From NCBI GenBank assembly GCA_964016885.1, contig OZ024766.1:14260001-14324000 (forward strand): a stretch of 64,000 nucleotides of DNA, given 5' to 3'. This stretch comes from Eledone cirrhosa (Eukaryota). Of the stretch, positions 26,802 to 38,643 are shown one piece after another. Within the stretch, counting starts at the first letter, position 1, and each line of letters begins with the position of its first letter. The position numbers were made by a program, and so were the translations under genes. The notes under the pieces are model-generated. The model was not told where the DNA came from. It made no database searches and worked only from the letters and a program-made list of their open reading frames with translations.

Positions 26802-28519
26802 CTACCTGTTCGGCTCCTGAGGAGCAGGTTGCACAATATCCATGGGCGTATTGGAGGGGTTGTTTGGTGGGGTGTTGTTCTGTGGTGGAGTGGGGGTGTT
26901 TGGTGAGGTGTGGGTGGGGAAACGTTTCAAGAGGACGCGGTTATAGGGTCGAGTACATGTTTTCCCCACGTCCTCAGGAAAGTTCTCTCTTAGTTTTGCA
27001 TAGATGTCCATTGGGAGTCTTATCATTTTTAAATGCGGTTTGTTGGCCGCGCTTGCAAAGAATTGCCCTTCAGTTTCCACCGAAGGGTCTTTGTGTATTG
27101 TTTTTACGAGTTCTCTGTTATTTGTGTTAATGTATGTATACTGTTTTATTTGTGTTGTGTTTGTTTGTTGTTCTTGTGTGTGCTTACGTTTTGTTGTATG
27201 TGTTATCTTTTGGGGTGGGGCGGATTTTGTTTGTTCTGTTTGTTTTGTTTTTGTTGGTGGTTGTGTGTTTGTTTCGTTTATGTTCGAGTGGTGCTTTCTT
27301 TTTTTCCTTTTTACAGGTTGGAAGGGTTCCCCCTCTTCGTCACTAGGTGCCGTTTCAGCTGGGTCCTCGTCCGTGCTGTCGGGTAGTGGTGTATTTTGGG
27401 GTTTTGTTGTATTTGTGTGTGTTTTGGGAGTTGTTTTGGGTGGGGCCGTGTCTTGTGTTATTTTTCCGTGTTGTTTTTGTTGTTGTTGTGGTGGTGGTGG
27501 TGGAGGTGGTGGTGTGTGGGGTGTAGGCAAAAGAGCCTTTTTTTTGTCAATTGAGGACAAGAAGCCCTTAGATGACCCCTGCTTGAACAGTAGTAACATA
27601 TGGGCCTCCTACCCTCGGCTGAAATATATATAAGTGTTTCTCCATCGAGGGACACCCTCTGTGGTATTCTAGCTATTCGTTCTGGTCTCATTTGGACCAG
27701 AACCTCCACGCTCAAACCGCCGAAAACGTCTGTGGTGACTTCTCCTACTGAAAGGATTCCGTCCTCGTCTTCTAAAAATCCTGTTAGTACCCAGGAAATG
27801 CATGCATTTGGCCGGATTCCGGAGACCCTTATCTTCTGCGTTCTTTTCCCTAAATATGTGGGGAAAAATGTATGTAGCTTGGAAACAATTGGCGCCATAG
27901 AGTATTTCCTGGCCGTCAATTGATCCTTCATTAGGACCGTTATATTCCCATAGAGTGGCCCTTTTTGTATGAACGATATATCACTCCACACATTTTTTAG
28001 GACCAGCTCAATCTCTTTTTGGGATAATTGAGTTGGTTTCCTTGTTATGTTAGAAATTGTTCTGAAAGATATCGTTCTTAGCGTCGTGTCTCTTTTGATT
28101 TCTTGTGGGGAGGTGATTGTGAAGTCTCCTCCTTCTTTGAAAGTTACATACTGTTTCGCTTCCTTCATCTTTTCTCTCAGAGTTGTAATGTCCAGTTGCT
28201 TGCAGGTTTGTGTTTTCCGGACCGCCTGTGCAAAGGAGGCACCAGTAGTGGGTTCACTTTGTTTGGTGTTATCGTTATTTTTTCCTTGGTTGGTGTTGTG
28301 ACTATTGCTGTTATTGTCGTTGTTGTTTTTGTCTCCGTTTATGTGACTTTCTGGGTTTTCACCCATTTTTACAAATTTTTCTTTTAATTCCGTGTTCCAT
28401 GTTTCTTTTGCAGAAGTGAGGAGGGAAGACTTAGAGCCTTGTGATTCTAGCTTCTCTGTATCACCTTTCTTAGGGGGCGTGGCTTTCACGTTAGGATGAG
28501 ATGTGAAAATTCCGTCCAT
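26802..28519 (-). pseudogene. Tx1/L1 ORF1 (gag-like, CCHC knuckle), one frameshift
   Basis: MDGIFTSH... to CYYCSSRGHLRASC; frameshift in the homopolymer run near 27540 before a Pro/Thr/Gln-rich tail. Confidence 0.85.
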
Positions 28520-28729
28520 TTCTATTAGTTTGCCGTAATAAATTTTTAACTGGAAAATTCGCCCCAAAAAGAGGCGAAAATAAATAAACTCAAAGTTTGA
28601 CGACCAAGGCAAGGTGTTAACGTATATTACAGTATAAAAAAATTAATCAAAACTCACTTTTGAGTAAGTAAATCCGACTCGGTAGCCGAGCTTGTTCAGA
28701 CACGTCAACACACGTCTCTTGTATACGAG

Positions 28730-30025
28730 ATGTTATGTGAGATATTATGTGAGGTAAAGCCTTTACCACAAAAATACAATAGTATATATAGAGTAATGTA
28801 AATGTTATGTGAGAGATATTGTGAGGTAAAGCCTTTACTGTGAAAATACAATAGTATATATAGAGTAATGTAAATGTTATGTGAGGTATTATGTGAGGTA
28901 AAGCCTTTACTGTGAAAATACCATAGTATATATAGAGTAATCTAAATGTTATGTGAGATATTATGTGAGGTAAAGCCTTTACCACAAAAATACAATAGTA
29001 TATATAGAGTAATGTAAATGTTATGTGAGGTATTATGTGAGGTAAAGCCTTTACCACAAAAATACAATAGTATATATAGAGTAATGTAAATGTTATGTGA
29101 GAGATATTGTGAGGTAAAGCCTTTACAGTGAAAATACAATAGTATATATAGAGTAATGTAATTGTTATGTGAGGTATTATGTGAGGTAAAGCCTTTACCA
29201 CAAAAATACAATAGTATATATAGAGTAATGTAAATGTTATGTGAGGTATTATGTGAAGTAAAGCCTTTACTGTGAAAATACAATAGTATATATAGAGTAA
29301 TGTAAATGTTATGTGAGATATTATGTGAGGTAAAGCCTTTACCACAAAAATACAATAGTATATATAGAGTAATGTAAATGTTATGTGAGGTATTATGTGA
29401 GGTAAAGCCTTTACCACAAAAATACACTAGTATATATAGAGTAATGTAAATGTTATGTGAGATATTATGAGGTAAAGCCTTTACTGTGAAAATACAATAG
29501 TATATATAGAGTAATGTAAATGTTATGTGAGGTATTATGTGAGGTAAAGCCTTTACTGTGACAATACAATAGTATATATAGAGTAATGTAAATGTTATGT
29601 GAGGTATTATGTGAGGTAAAGCCTCTACTGTGACAATACAATAGTATATATAGAGTAATGTAAATGTTATGTGAGGTATTATGTGAGGTAAAGCCTTTAC
29701 TGTGAAAATACAATAGTATATATAGAGTAATGTAAAAGCTATGTGAGGTATTATGTGAAGTAAAGCCTTTACTGTGACAATACAATAGTATATATAGAGT
29801 AATGTAAAAGCTATGTGAGGTATTATGTGAGGTAAAGCCTTTACTGTGAAAATACAATAGTATATATAGAGTAATGTAAATGTTATGCGAGGTATTATGT
29901 GAGGTAAAGCCTTTACTGTGACAATACAATAGTATATATAGAGTAATGTAAATGTTATGTGAGGTATTATGTGAGGTAAAGCCTTTACTGTGACAATACA
30001 ATAGTATATATAGAGTAATGTAAAT
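28730..30025. repeat. 72-bp satellite, right arm (~18 copies)
   Basis: Same unit as 22185-23112. Confidence 0.96.
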
Positions 30026-30119
30026 GCTAAAGAGTTAAAACATAACTTAACAAATGTTCTTACATAAAGTTAGGATAGAAGGTTTTAAGATAGTTATAAA
30101 CATTTTATCATAAACTAAG

Positions 30120-30652
30120 ATGCGTGGCTCTGTGTTTAGAGTATTCGCCTCACAATCGTAAGGTCATGAGTTTGTTTACCAGCGGAGTGTTGTGTCCTTG
30201 AGCAAGACACTTTATTTCATATTGTTCCAGCTGGCAAAAATGAGTTGTACCTGTAATTCAAAGGGTCAGCCTTGTCACACTCTGTGTCATGCTGAATCTC
30301 CCTGAGAGCTATGTTAACCCTTTAGCATTTAAACTGGCCATATCAGGCCAGAATTCTCTCACATCTTTCTGTTCAAACCAGCCATAACTGGCTGCTCATA
30401 CTTATGTGAAGGTATTGTTCTCAAAATATATAATATCAAAATCTCATAGATTTGATATTATGTGAGATAATTATGTAAGATAAAGTCTTTACCACAAAAA
30501 TGTAATATTAGATATGGAGTAATGTAAATGCTAAAGGGTTAAGGGTATGCATGTCTGTGGAATACTCAGCCACTTGCACGTTAATTTCATGAGCAGGCTG
30601 TTCCAGTAATAGTGTCAACTGGAACACTCATTGTTGTAACCGACAGTGCCAG
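30120..30652 (+). mobile_element. tRNA-derived SINE split by a MITE insertion
   Basis: Head ...GTGTTGTGTCCTTGAGCAAGACACTTTATTTC; the flanks rejoin at the duplicated TTAA. Confidence 0.72.
30314..30542 (+). mobile_element. piggyBac-type MITE, unit-length copy (~225 bp)
   Basis: TTAA duplication and perfect TIR CCCTTTAGCATTT/AAATGCTAAAGGG. Confidence 0.9.
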
Positions 30653-30775
30653 TTCAAGTTCAAGGGGTAGAGTTGATTCAGACAGTTTGGTATCCAAACA
30701 GTTAAACAATTAGGAACATGTGTGTTTCATGCCATTTATAAATAAATGTCTTTAGTAAATGGTGACATTCTAGAA

Positions 30776-31954
30776 CAGAGGTTCTCAAACTTTCTGGGGC
30801 ATTCGCCCCCCACACGGCCTTGTAATACCCTCTAAAACACCACACCTATTTCCAGAGAGACCTACCTACAAGCAAATTGTAAATAATATTAAAAAAAGGA
30901 ACGATGGACTTTCGTCAAATCGGACCGAGGAAACAATGTTTCCGTTGGTCTTTCCAATTGCTAATACTATCTATCGGTCGCAACTCCAGGTAGAAGGAGC
31001 AACGTGAAATAAAGTAAATAATATATAATACATAAAATGGTTGATATATAATAAATAATTCTTTCTACTTTTGGCACAAGGCCAGCAATTACTCCAGTGT
31101 ATTACTGGTACTGTATTTTATCGACCCAGTAAAGGTGAAAGGCAAAATTAACCTAGGAGGGATTTAAAGTCAGATAATAAAGGGCCGTAACTCTATGCTG
31201 CAAAGCATGGTGTCCTACCTTCTATAATATATCGACAGTCGATCAACTTCCATCAAATTGGACCACGGAATCAATGCTTCCATTGGTCTTTCCAATTGCT
31301 AATACTATCTATCAGTTGCAACTCCAGGTAGAAAGAACAACCTCACAACCTCACGATTGCAAATCCGATTCTCTAATCACTCAGCCTTCACTATCATCAT
31401 CATTATCATCATTTTACATCCGCTTTTCCCTGCTTGTAAGGGTGGGACAGGTCTTATTAAACACAGCATCTCTCCATTTGTCACAGTTCCTTGTCATCTC
31501 CTCCATGAGCTTCAGTGATCTGAGGTCTGCTCTCACCACCTCTGCCCATGTTTTTCATGATCTTCCTCTACTGTGTCTTCCTTCTACTGTGATTTCTTGG
31601 CAGTTCTTTACCCAGCTGTCATCCACCATGCGCATCACATGTCCATACCAACACAGTCTTCTCTCTCACACACTACAACTTATCCCTCTTATACACAGTT
31701 TCTCTCTCAACTCGTCTATACTTTGTCGTTCACACACATTGACATCACACATGCAACAGCATATACTTGCTTCATTTCTATCCACTATATAATATATAAT
31801 ATGTATCAATAAATATCATATAATTTTTTATTTTACTATATTTATATATAAAATTTATCATTCGATATTTGATATACTATTATATCCTCTCCACCCCCAT
31901 CCTTAAGCCCCAGCACCCCTCTTGGGGCAGTAGCACCCACTTTGAGAACCTCTG
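30776..31954. mobile_element. hAT Charlie-type non-autonomous element with nested SINE and RTE fragments
   Basis: TIR CAGAGGTTCTCAAA/TTTGAGAACCTCTG; flanks TTCTAGAA and TTCTAGAG match the NTCTAGAN target consensus. RTE 3' fragment (minus) at ~31395-31790. Confidence 0.82.
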
Positions 31955-32033
31955 TTCTAGAGGGAAGTGAAATTGTAAAGTGTAACAGGCAAGAAGACAA
32001 AATCTTTCCAAGCAAACAAAAAAACCAACTTAC

Positions 32034-32291
32034 TATCAATATAGTTATAATATATCCTTAGTTGGGAAATATCGTATGTTTGTCTGAGTTCAAGAGTCCA
32101 CAATGATGTTGGAGAGCTCATTGTATGAGAACAAGATCTGTGTTGTGGGTTTTGATCAAAGTTACCATCTACAGCCAGGTTAGCTGACATTGAGTACATT
32201 TCATTGCGACAAACATTGTTTTTCATTAGAATTACACTGCTTGTTTTGTCTGTCGTGGTTTGTGTAGCTACTTTACCAATAGCTATATTTC
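32034..32291 (-). CDS. Internal exon (258 bp, phase 1-1) encoding the N-terminal part of an F-type-lectin (FTP/F5-8C-like) domain
   Basis: Acceptor TTCTTTGTCAG, donor GTAAGT. Translation NIAIGKVATQ...ANLAVDGN...SCSHT...WTLEL...DISQLRIY. Confidence 0.85.
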
Positions 32292-32460
32292 CTGACAAAG
32301 AATGAAAGAAAATTTAATGAAAGTCAATTACTATGAAATGAAATGGATCTCAGTCAGTTGAAACGATGATTGATCCAGTGGGAAAAGACAAATTGTTTTC
32401 TATATACTAAACTTTTGAAATATCTTTTACGTTATCTCTAAATTATTCCATATTTCCAGT

Positions 32461-32740
32461 AGAGGCATGTGGCCTAGTGTTAAGTGTGTTGGACTTACAA
32501 TCATAATGTCATGGGTTCGATTTCTGGGGTGGGTTGTGTGTTGTGTTCTTGAGCAAAACACTTCATTTCACGTTGCTCCAGTATACTCTGCTGAAAATGA
32601 GCACCAGCAATAGCTGTGGAGGGTGTAACCCTGCAATGGACTGATGTCCTGTCCAGGAGGAAGTCTTGTACTCACAGTTGCTTTATGCCATGAAAGCAGG
32701 ATAAGCATTGGCCTAATGAGCCTTCAGGCTTGAGACAGTA
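32461..32740 (+). mobile_element. Intact tRNA-derived SINE
   Basis: A box TGGCCTAGTG, B box GGTTCGATTTC, core TGTGTTCTTGAGCAAAACACTT, 3' part AACCCTGCAATGGACTGATGTCCTGTCCAGG. Confidence 0.85.
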
Positions 32741-32922
32741 TAGTCCTATACGAACGAGACACGGTCACCCGACCAATCTTGCCTCAATTGGGACAACTCC
32801 CGACTAACCCATGCTAGCATGGAAGATAGACGTAAACGATGATGATGATGATGATGATATAGCAACCTCAGCCTCAACAGCGACAGCAACAACAACGGCA
32901 TGATAATTAGAAATCTACTTAC

Positions 32923-33066
32923 TATAGGTTTTTACTTGGCAATCCGGTCCGGTCCATCCTTCTTCACAACCATATGGGCAAGCCCCAGTTTGTTGATGGC
33001 AGTCAGCATCGTTTAAACAATGGCATTGCTTGTTACAAGTATATCCATACCATTGAGATGCACAAC
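32923..33066 (-). CDS. Internal exon (144 bp, phase 1-1) encoding an EGF-like (MEGF/SREC-type) module
   Basis: Acceptor TTTTAACATAG, donor GTAAGT. Translation GCASQWYGYTCNKQCHCLNDADCHQQTGACPYGCEEGWTGPDCQVKTY, in frame with the next exon. Absent from the ORF track. Confidence 0.9.
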
Positions 33067-33129
33067 CTATGTTAAAAGTTAGAATTTATCACACTGATGG
33101 ACTACATTTCCACAGTTCTCTCTCATCTA

Positions 33130-34030
33130 CAGTTAATTGTTTCTACTATTTGGCACAAGGTACCAGTAATACACAGGGGTAATTGCTGAATTACCTCAGT
33201 ACATTACTGGTACTTTATTTTATTGACCCCCCCCCCCCCATAAGAATGAAAGGCAAACCTTGGCGGGTTTGAAATCAGAACGTAAAGGGCCATAACTCTA
33301 TGCTGCAAAGCATGGTGTCTGACACTCTACGGATTACTGCCAATCCAATAATAATAATTGTTTCTACTTTTGGCACAAGGCCAGCCAGCAATTACCCCCA
33401 GTGCATTACTGGTACTTTATTTTATCGACCTCCGTAAGAATGAAAGGCAAAGCTAACTTCAGCAGGATTTGAACTCAGAACGTAAAGGGCCATAATTCTA
33501 TGCTGCAAAACATGGTGTCTGATGCTCTACGGATTACTGCCAGTCCAATCCAGCAATTACCCCCAGTGCATTACTGGTACTTTATTTTATCGACCCCTGT
33601 AAGGATGAAAGGCAAAGTTAACCTCGGCGGGATTTGAACTCAGAACATAAAGGGCCGTAAACATGATGTCTGACACTCTACCGATTACTGCCAGTCTCAC
33701 ATAATTATCTCACCTAATATTATGGTCTGAGTTCAAATCCCGTCGAGGATAACTTTGCCATTCATCCTTACGGGGTCGATAAAATAAAGTACCAGTAATA
33801 CACTGGGGTAATTGCTGGCCGTGTGCCCCCAAAAGTAGAAACATAATATTGAATATATTAGATTTTGATATTATCTATTTTGAGAACATTATCTTAACAT
33901 TAATAAGGGCGGTGGGTTGGCAGTATCGGTGGAGGGTCGGACGCCATGCTTTCCAGCATAGAGTTACGTCCCTTAACGATCTGAGTGATGCACTGGGTAA
34001 TTGCTGGCCTTGTGCCTAAAGTAGAAACAA
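33130..34030. mobile_element. Cluster of SINE fragments in both orientations
   Basis: Repeated CTGGTACTTTATTTTATCGACCC...GAAAGGCAAAG...GGATTTGAACTCAGAAC and its reverse complement. Confidence 0.8.
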
Positions 34031-34039
34031 TTATCTTAA

Positions 34040-34132
34040 CATTAATATGAACGGCTGGTTACAGCCAGTTTGAACAGAAAGAGGTGAGAGAATTCTGGCC
34101 AGATACAGTCGCTTTAAATGCTAAAGGGTTAA
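34040..34132 (-). mobile_element. Partial piggyBac-type MITE (one end)
   Basis: Reverse complement of the MITE left end, terminating AAATGCTAAAGGGTTAA. Confidence 0.7.
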
Positions 34133-34189
34133 CAGTCACAGTTTGTAGAGATTAACAACTAAAGTTTGAATGAATAAAGATCAACAGAC

Positions 34190-34339
34190 CTGATAATGAT
34201 AATGTTTCGATACAGGTACCCTCTCCTTTTATAGAAATAGACCAAGCGTTTACATCCCCTGAACAGCTCAAAGGTCTGGTTGTACATATTGATTTACAAA
34301 AGGGTTCCTTAGATTTGTCAAAAAATACCAAAACTGTCT
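34190..34339 (-). CDS. Candidate upstream exon (150 bp, phase 1-1) of the EGF/lectin gene
   Basis: Acceptor CTTCTCATTTCAG; open frame TVLVFFDKSKEPFCKSICTTRPLSCSGDVNAWSISIKGEGTCIETLSLS; donor G|GTCTGT is weak but gives the phase needed for the EGF exon. Confidence 0.55.
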
Positions 34340-34354
34340 CTGAAATGAGAAGTG

Positions 34355-34390
<36 letters not shown>

Positions 34391-34393
<3 letters not shown>

Positions 34394-36850
34394 TCATCAT
34401 CAACGTTTAACGTCCGTGTTCCACGCTTGCATGGGTTTGGACGGGGGTATTCCCACTTGAGGCAAGAGTGATTGTCTTGCTCGCATAGGACTGTCTGGCA
34501 GGTTTTCTACAGTTGGATGCCCTTCCTAACACCAACCACATTTACAGTGTGGGACTGGGAGGTTTTTACCGTAATCATCATCATCATCATCATCACCGTT
34601 TTACGTCCGTTCTTCCACGCTAGCATGGGTTAGACGGGTTGTCCTGTTGTGGGCAGTGTCTGGTCGGCTGACCATGCCTTGCTCATACAGGAACTGATCT
34701 GGCTTGATTTCTACAGCTGGATGCCCTTCCTAACACCAACCTCATTTACAGTGAGTGCTGGGTGCTTTTTCGTGGCGCCTACACGTCCACTTTACAGTGT
34801 GGGCTGGGTGCTTTTTTGCCGTGGCACCTCCACGACCACCTTGCGGTGGGGGGGGGGGGGGCATATTGTTTATATGCTTCAGCATGTACCCATGGGAGGT
34901 CGGGTACCCTGTATTACTGCGTGACGCCAGAAGTCACGGTCGTGTGTCATTGACTTTGAGAGGTGTAGTTGGGTAAGGTCGGCTTTTATCACCTCATCCC
35001 AAGTCATCTTGGGTCTCCCCACTCCGCGGTTTCCATCAACTTCTAGTGCTCTGCACCTTTTTATGCAGCTGTCATCCTTCATACGCATCACATGTCCATA
35101 CCAGCGTAACCGCCTCTCCTGCACGCAGCATTTGATTCCTCTTATGCTCAGTCTCTCTCTCAATTCATTTATGCTTTGTCGTTCACGTATATTACTGTTA
35201 CACATCCATCGGAGCATGCAGGCTTCGTTTCTCTCTAATCTACGTAAGTCTTCCACCTTCAGCGCCCAGGTCTCACTACCATGCAACATCGCTGTTCGGA
35301 TACACGCATCATACAGTCTGCCTTTCATTCTGAGGGAGAAGCCTTTTGCAGCTAGCAGTGGTAGTAGTTCCCTAAACTTCTTCCATCCCGTTCTTACCCT
35401 AGTTATTGTACTTTCTGAGCACCCACCTCCGTTGCTAATTCGGTCACCTAGGTAGCAGAAGCTGTCTACTGTTTCTACAGGGCCCTCCCAGAGATTGGTG
35501 GTACTTGTTTCCTGTGGCTGTTTGCTTGCTGTTTCAGCACAGCTGCTGCATGTGAATCCTACATTCTTAATTAAGCTTCCTGAGATCCCGCTACATCTCT
35601 TGTGTACCCATTGTTTGCATTTGGGGCAAAGAATGGAGTTCCTACCTACACCTTTCCTACATACTGAGCAAGGCCATTTCCCTGAGGGGATCTGGGTTCT
35701 GTTTTCTCGTCTACTTATAAGGACCTTAGTCTTTGTCATGTTGACTTTGAGGCCCTTTCTCTCTAGTCCCTGCTTCCAGGTTTGGAATTTATTCTCTAGT
35801 TCTACCATAGATTCAGCTATGAGTGCGAGGTCATCAGCATACAGGAGTTCCCATGGGCATCCGGTCTTAAACTCCTCCGTTATTGCCTGCAGGACTATGA
35901 TGAACAGGAGAGGGCTAAGAACAGAGCCCTGGTGGACCCCAACCTGTACGCTAAATTCCTCGCTATACTCATTGCCAATCCTAACTTTGCTGACTGCTCC
36001 CCTATACATGGCTTGTACCGCTTTCACAAGCCATTCATCTACTCCTAGTTTTCTAAGAGCCCACCAGATTACTGCACGTGGAACTCTGTCAAAGGCTTTC
36101 TCAAGGTCGACAAATGCCAAGTAGAGTGGCTTACTTTTAGCTAGGTACTTTTCCTGTAATTGCCTCACAAGGAAGAGCGCATCAGTGGTGCCTTTCCCTG
36201 GAACAAACCCAAATTGCATCTCGTCTATATTCACCCGGTCCCTAATCAGCTGTGCTATAACTCTTTCTGTTACTTTCATGACCTGGTCCATCAACTTTAT
36301 ACCTCTATAGTTTCCTCTATCTAGTGCATCGCCTTTACCTTTGTAGCAGTTGACAATGATGCTACTGCACCAATCTTTTGGTATGGCCCCCTCTAGTATT
36401 ACCTGGTTAACGATACGTGTGGTTATAGTGTGACCTACAGACCCAGATGCCTTCAGCATCTCGGCAGCTATACCCGATGGACCGGTTGCCTTCCCTATCT
36501 TCATATCTCTGATTGCCTTACTTACTACGCTGCCGCTGACTTGTACTGCTGGTCCCTCTATAGGGTCTACGTGGGGTAGGGTCTCTTCTTCCCATGCATT
36601 CTCCTCATTTAGTAATCTATCATAATGACTCTTCCATGCATCTTTCTTCTCAGCACTTGTGAGGGCAAGCTCACCTTTATCATTCCGGATACACTTCTCT
36701 CCAATGACATCACAACTATCTCTGACACACTGCCTCGCAATCTTGAATACCTCCTGTTTCTGGTCCTCACGTTGTAAAACATGCTTGAATTTTCTATCCT
36801 CTGCTTCCCTCCTAGCTAAGTATACTTGTCGCCTAGCTTCCCTCTTGGTC
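34391..36850 (-). mobile_element. 5'-truncated RTE LINE plus a second short tail copy (34391-34570)
   Basis: RT ORF, 3' UTR and (GAT)n tail at ~34575-34595; the 5' end stops in an AT-rich microsatellite. Confidence 0.93.
34879..36850 (-). CDS. RTE reverse transcriptase ORF, open but lacking the endonuclease
   Basis: NYRGIKL, FVDLEKAFDRVP, GVHQGSVLSPLLF, LLYADD, Cys-rich PHD-like insert, RLRWYGHV...GRPKMTW. Confidence 0.88.
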
Positions 36851-37030
36851 TCTATGTAATATACATATATAATATATATATAATATATATATATAATATA
36901 CATATATAATATATATATATAATATATATATAATATACATATATAATATATATATATAATATATATATATAATATACATATATAATATATATATAATATA
37001 TATATATAATAGATATATAATATATATATA

Positions 37031-38357
37031 TCTATACTATAAAGCTGATGGCCGTATGTAGGTACAAACTTTCCGCCAAACGGCTAGACCAAACAGCACC
37101 AAATTTGCTCCATAGATGTAACTTTTTCCAAGTAAAAAAGTGAGGGTATTTTTGTCTACTGAATGATTAAAGACATTATTTAAATATTCACTTCTTTAAA
37201 ATTTCAAACATCAACACTTCCGGTTATACGTCATTCCTCACTTTTCTTATGACGTCACACAACATTCCCCTCTTTTTCTTAGTCTGTATGTCTGGCTGTC
37301 TGCATTAGATAACGTTTTTCGAAATATTTACTTCTGCGTTCACAGACTGATATTTTTAGTTTCAGAAGATCCCGTTAAGGGTGAAAGCAGCGATTCTTTG
37401 CTTAAACTTTAATCTGTTATTTTAATATATATATTCGTGTACAGATATTTTTGCATACACAAAAACAAAAACCTATTTATTTCATGAAAGCACAGACGGC
37501 TTATCGTCATTGTTACTGTTCGAGGTTAGAGGACCACAGTCTTTCCAAGATCTGAGAACCATCAATGGCCATCAATGTTCCACTTACTGTTAGGCTTGCC
37601 AGATGCGTGGTATGTTACATGATGACAGCCATTGACACCTCACCCTGCTAAATAGCTAAAGTCCCTTCTCAGCTGCGAAAACCTTTTGCTATTATGCTGC
37701 ACAACTGCGATATCGCCGACCCTCTCGCACTGTGGAACAACCACTGCGAAAGTCTAGCTGAGGACATCCTCCACCGCACACACAGACACAATCCAAACCT
37801 AACATACAATGTCGTTTTCAATGAGGCGCTCATTTGTCTTGAAAACAGAGTCCTGGAGATTGGTGGTCGGCCTCTAGGCCACTACAGCTTACCTGCTCCT
37901 GACAGGAGTGTCCAGAGGTCAACGTCTACAGAGCTTCTTTGCGAGACGAGCTACGAAATCAGTGATTCTCCCATGGTCAATTGTATGTAGGATGCTCTAG
38001 GGTTAGCTCACCAAACAATCTTTGCTCCGGAGGGCTGAACAAAAAATATTTTATACTCTGAGGCTCTAACAATGTAATTTAAATATTTTCTGTTACTTGG
38101 AATTTCCATTATGGTTGTACAAATTATTGTTTGTTAAAAAATGTGTTCTCTGTTCAGCCTTTATTGTTGTAACTATCAATTTTCTTTAATGTACTGGCTG
38201 CTGAAGTGGGGAATCTTAAAAACTATTGAAACCCAACACCAGAGCACATTAACCCCCCCAACCCCCTCTCGCTTACTTGAGAGGGCATGCGGTATCTTTC
38301 CTGAAAAGATAAAATGCCGGTATACTTAGCCAGGCACCAGCCGGAAAGGCCAGCTAG
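37031..38357 (+). mobile_element. Internally deleted Helitron with RepHel/PIF1-helicase remnants
   Basis: A|TC 5' end and CTAG|T 3' end preceded by a GC-rich imperfect palindrome. Peptide relics VRGPQSFQDLRTINGH, ADPLALWNNHCESLAEDIL, FSHGQLYVGCSRV and TKNILYSEAL. Confidence 0.85.
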
Positions 38358-38394
38358 TAATATATATATATAATAAATATATAATATATATATA

Positions 38395-38579
38395 ATTGTT
38401 TCTACTTTTGGCACAAGGCCAGCAATTACACAGTTCATTACTGGTACTTTATTTTATCGACCCACTAAGGATGAAAGGCAAAGTTAACCTTGACGGGATT
38501 TGAACTCAGGCCGTAAAGGGACATAACTATGCTGGAAAGCATGGCGTCCGACCCTCTACCGATACTGCCAATTCACCGC

Positions 38580-38582
<3 letters not shown>
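38395..38582 (-). mobile_element. SINE (same family as 33130-34030)
   Basis: Ends in CTGCCAATTCACCGCCC, the reverse complement of a GGGCGGTGAATTGGCAG head; B-box-like GAGTTCAAATCC on minus. Confidence 0.75.

Positions 38583-38640
<58 letters not shown>

Positions 38641-38643
<3 letters not shown>

Larger units (their letters stand above)
23113..28729 (-). mobile_element. Near full-length Tx1/L1-clade non-LTR retrotransposon
   Basis: 5' UTR, ORF1 with a zinc knuckle, ORF2 with APE endonuclease, RT and C-terminal Cys motif, and a 3' UTR ending AATAAAGAAACC. Interrupts the 72-bp satellite. Confidence 0.93.
22043..30038 (+). mobile_element. piggyBac-type MITE expanded by an internal 72-bp satellite and a nested LINE
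   Basis: TTAA-CCCTTTAGCATTT at 22043 and AAATGCTAAAGAG-TTAA ending at 30038. The unique left part matches the short copy at 30314-30542. Confidence 0.88.

Noticed and set aside
26864-28387. Plus-strand hydrophobic ORFs
   Set aside because: Antisense shadows of the low-complexity Tx1 ORF1.
22165-30001. His/Tyr-rich repetitive ORFs (22165-23130, 28647-30001)
   Set aside because: Stop-free frames of a 72-bp MITE-derived satellite; no sign of a real gene.
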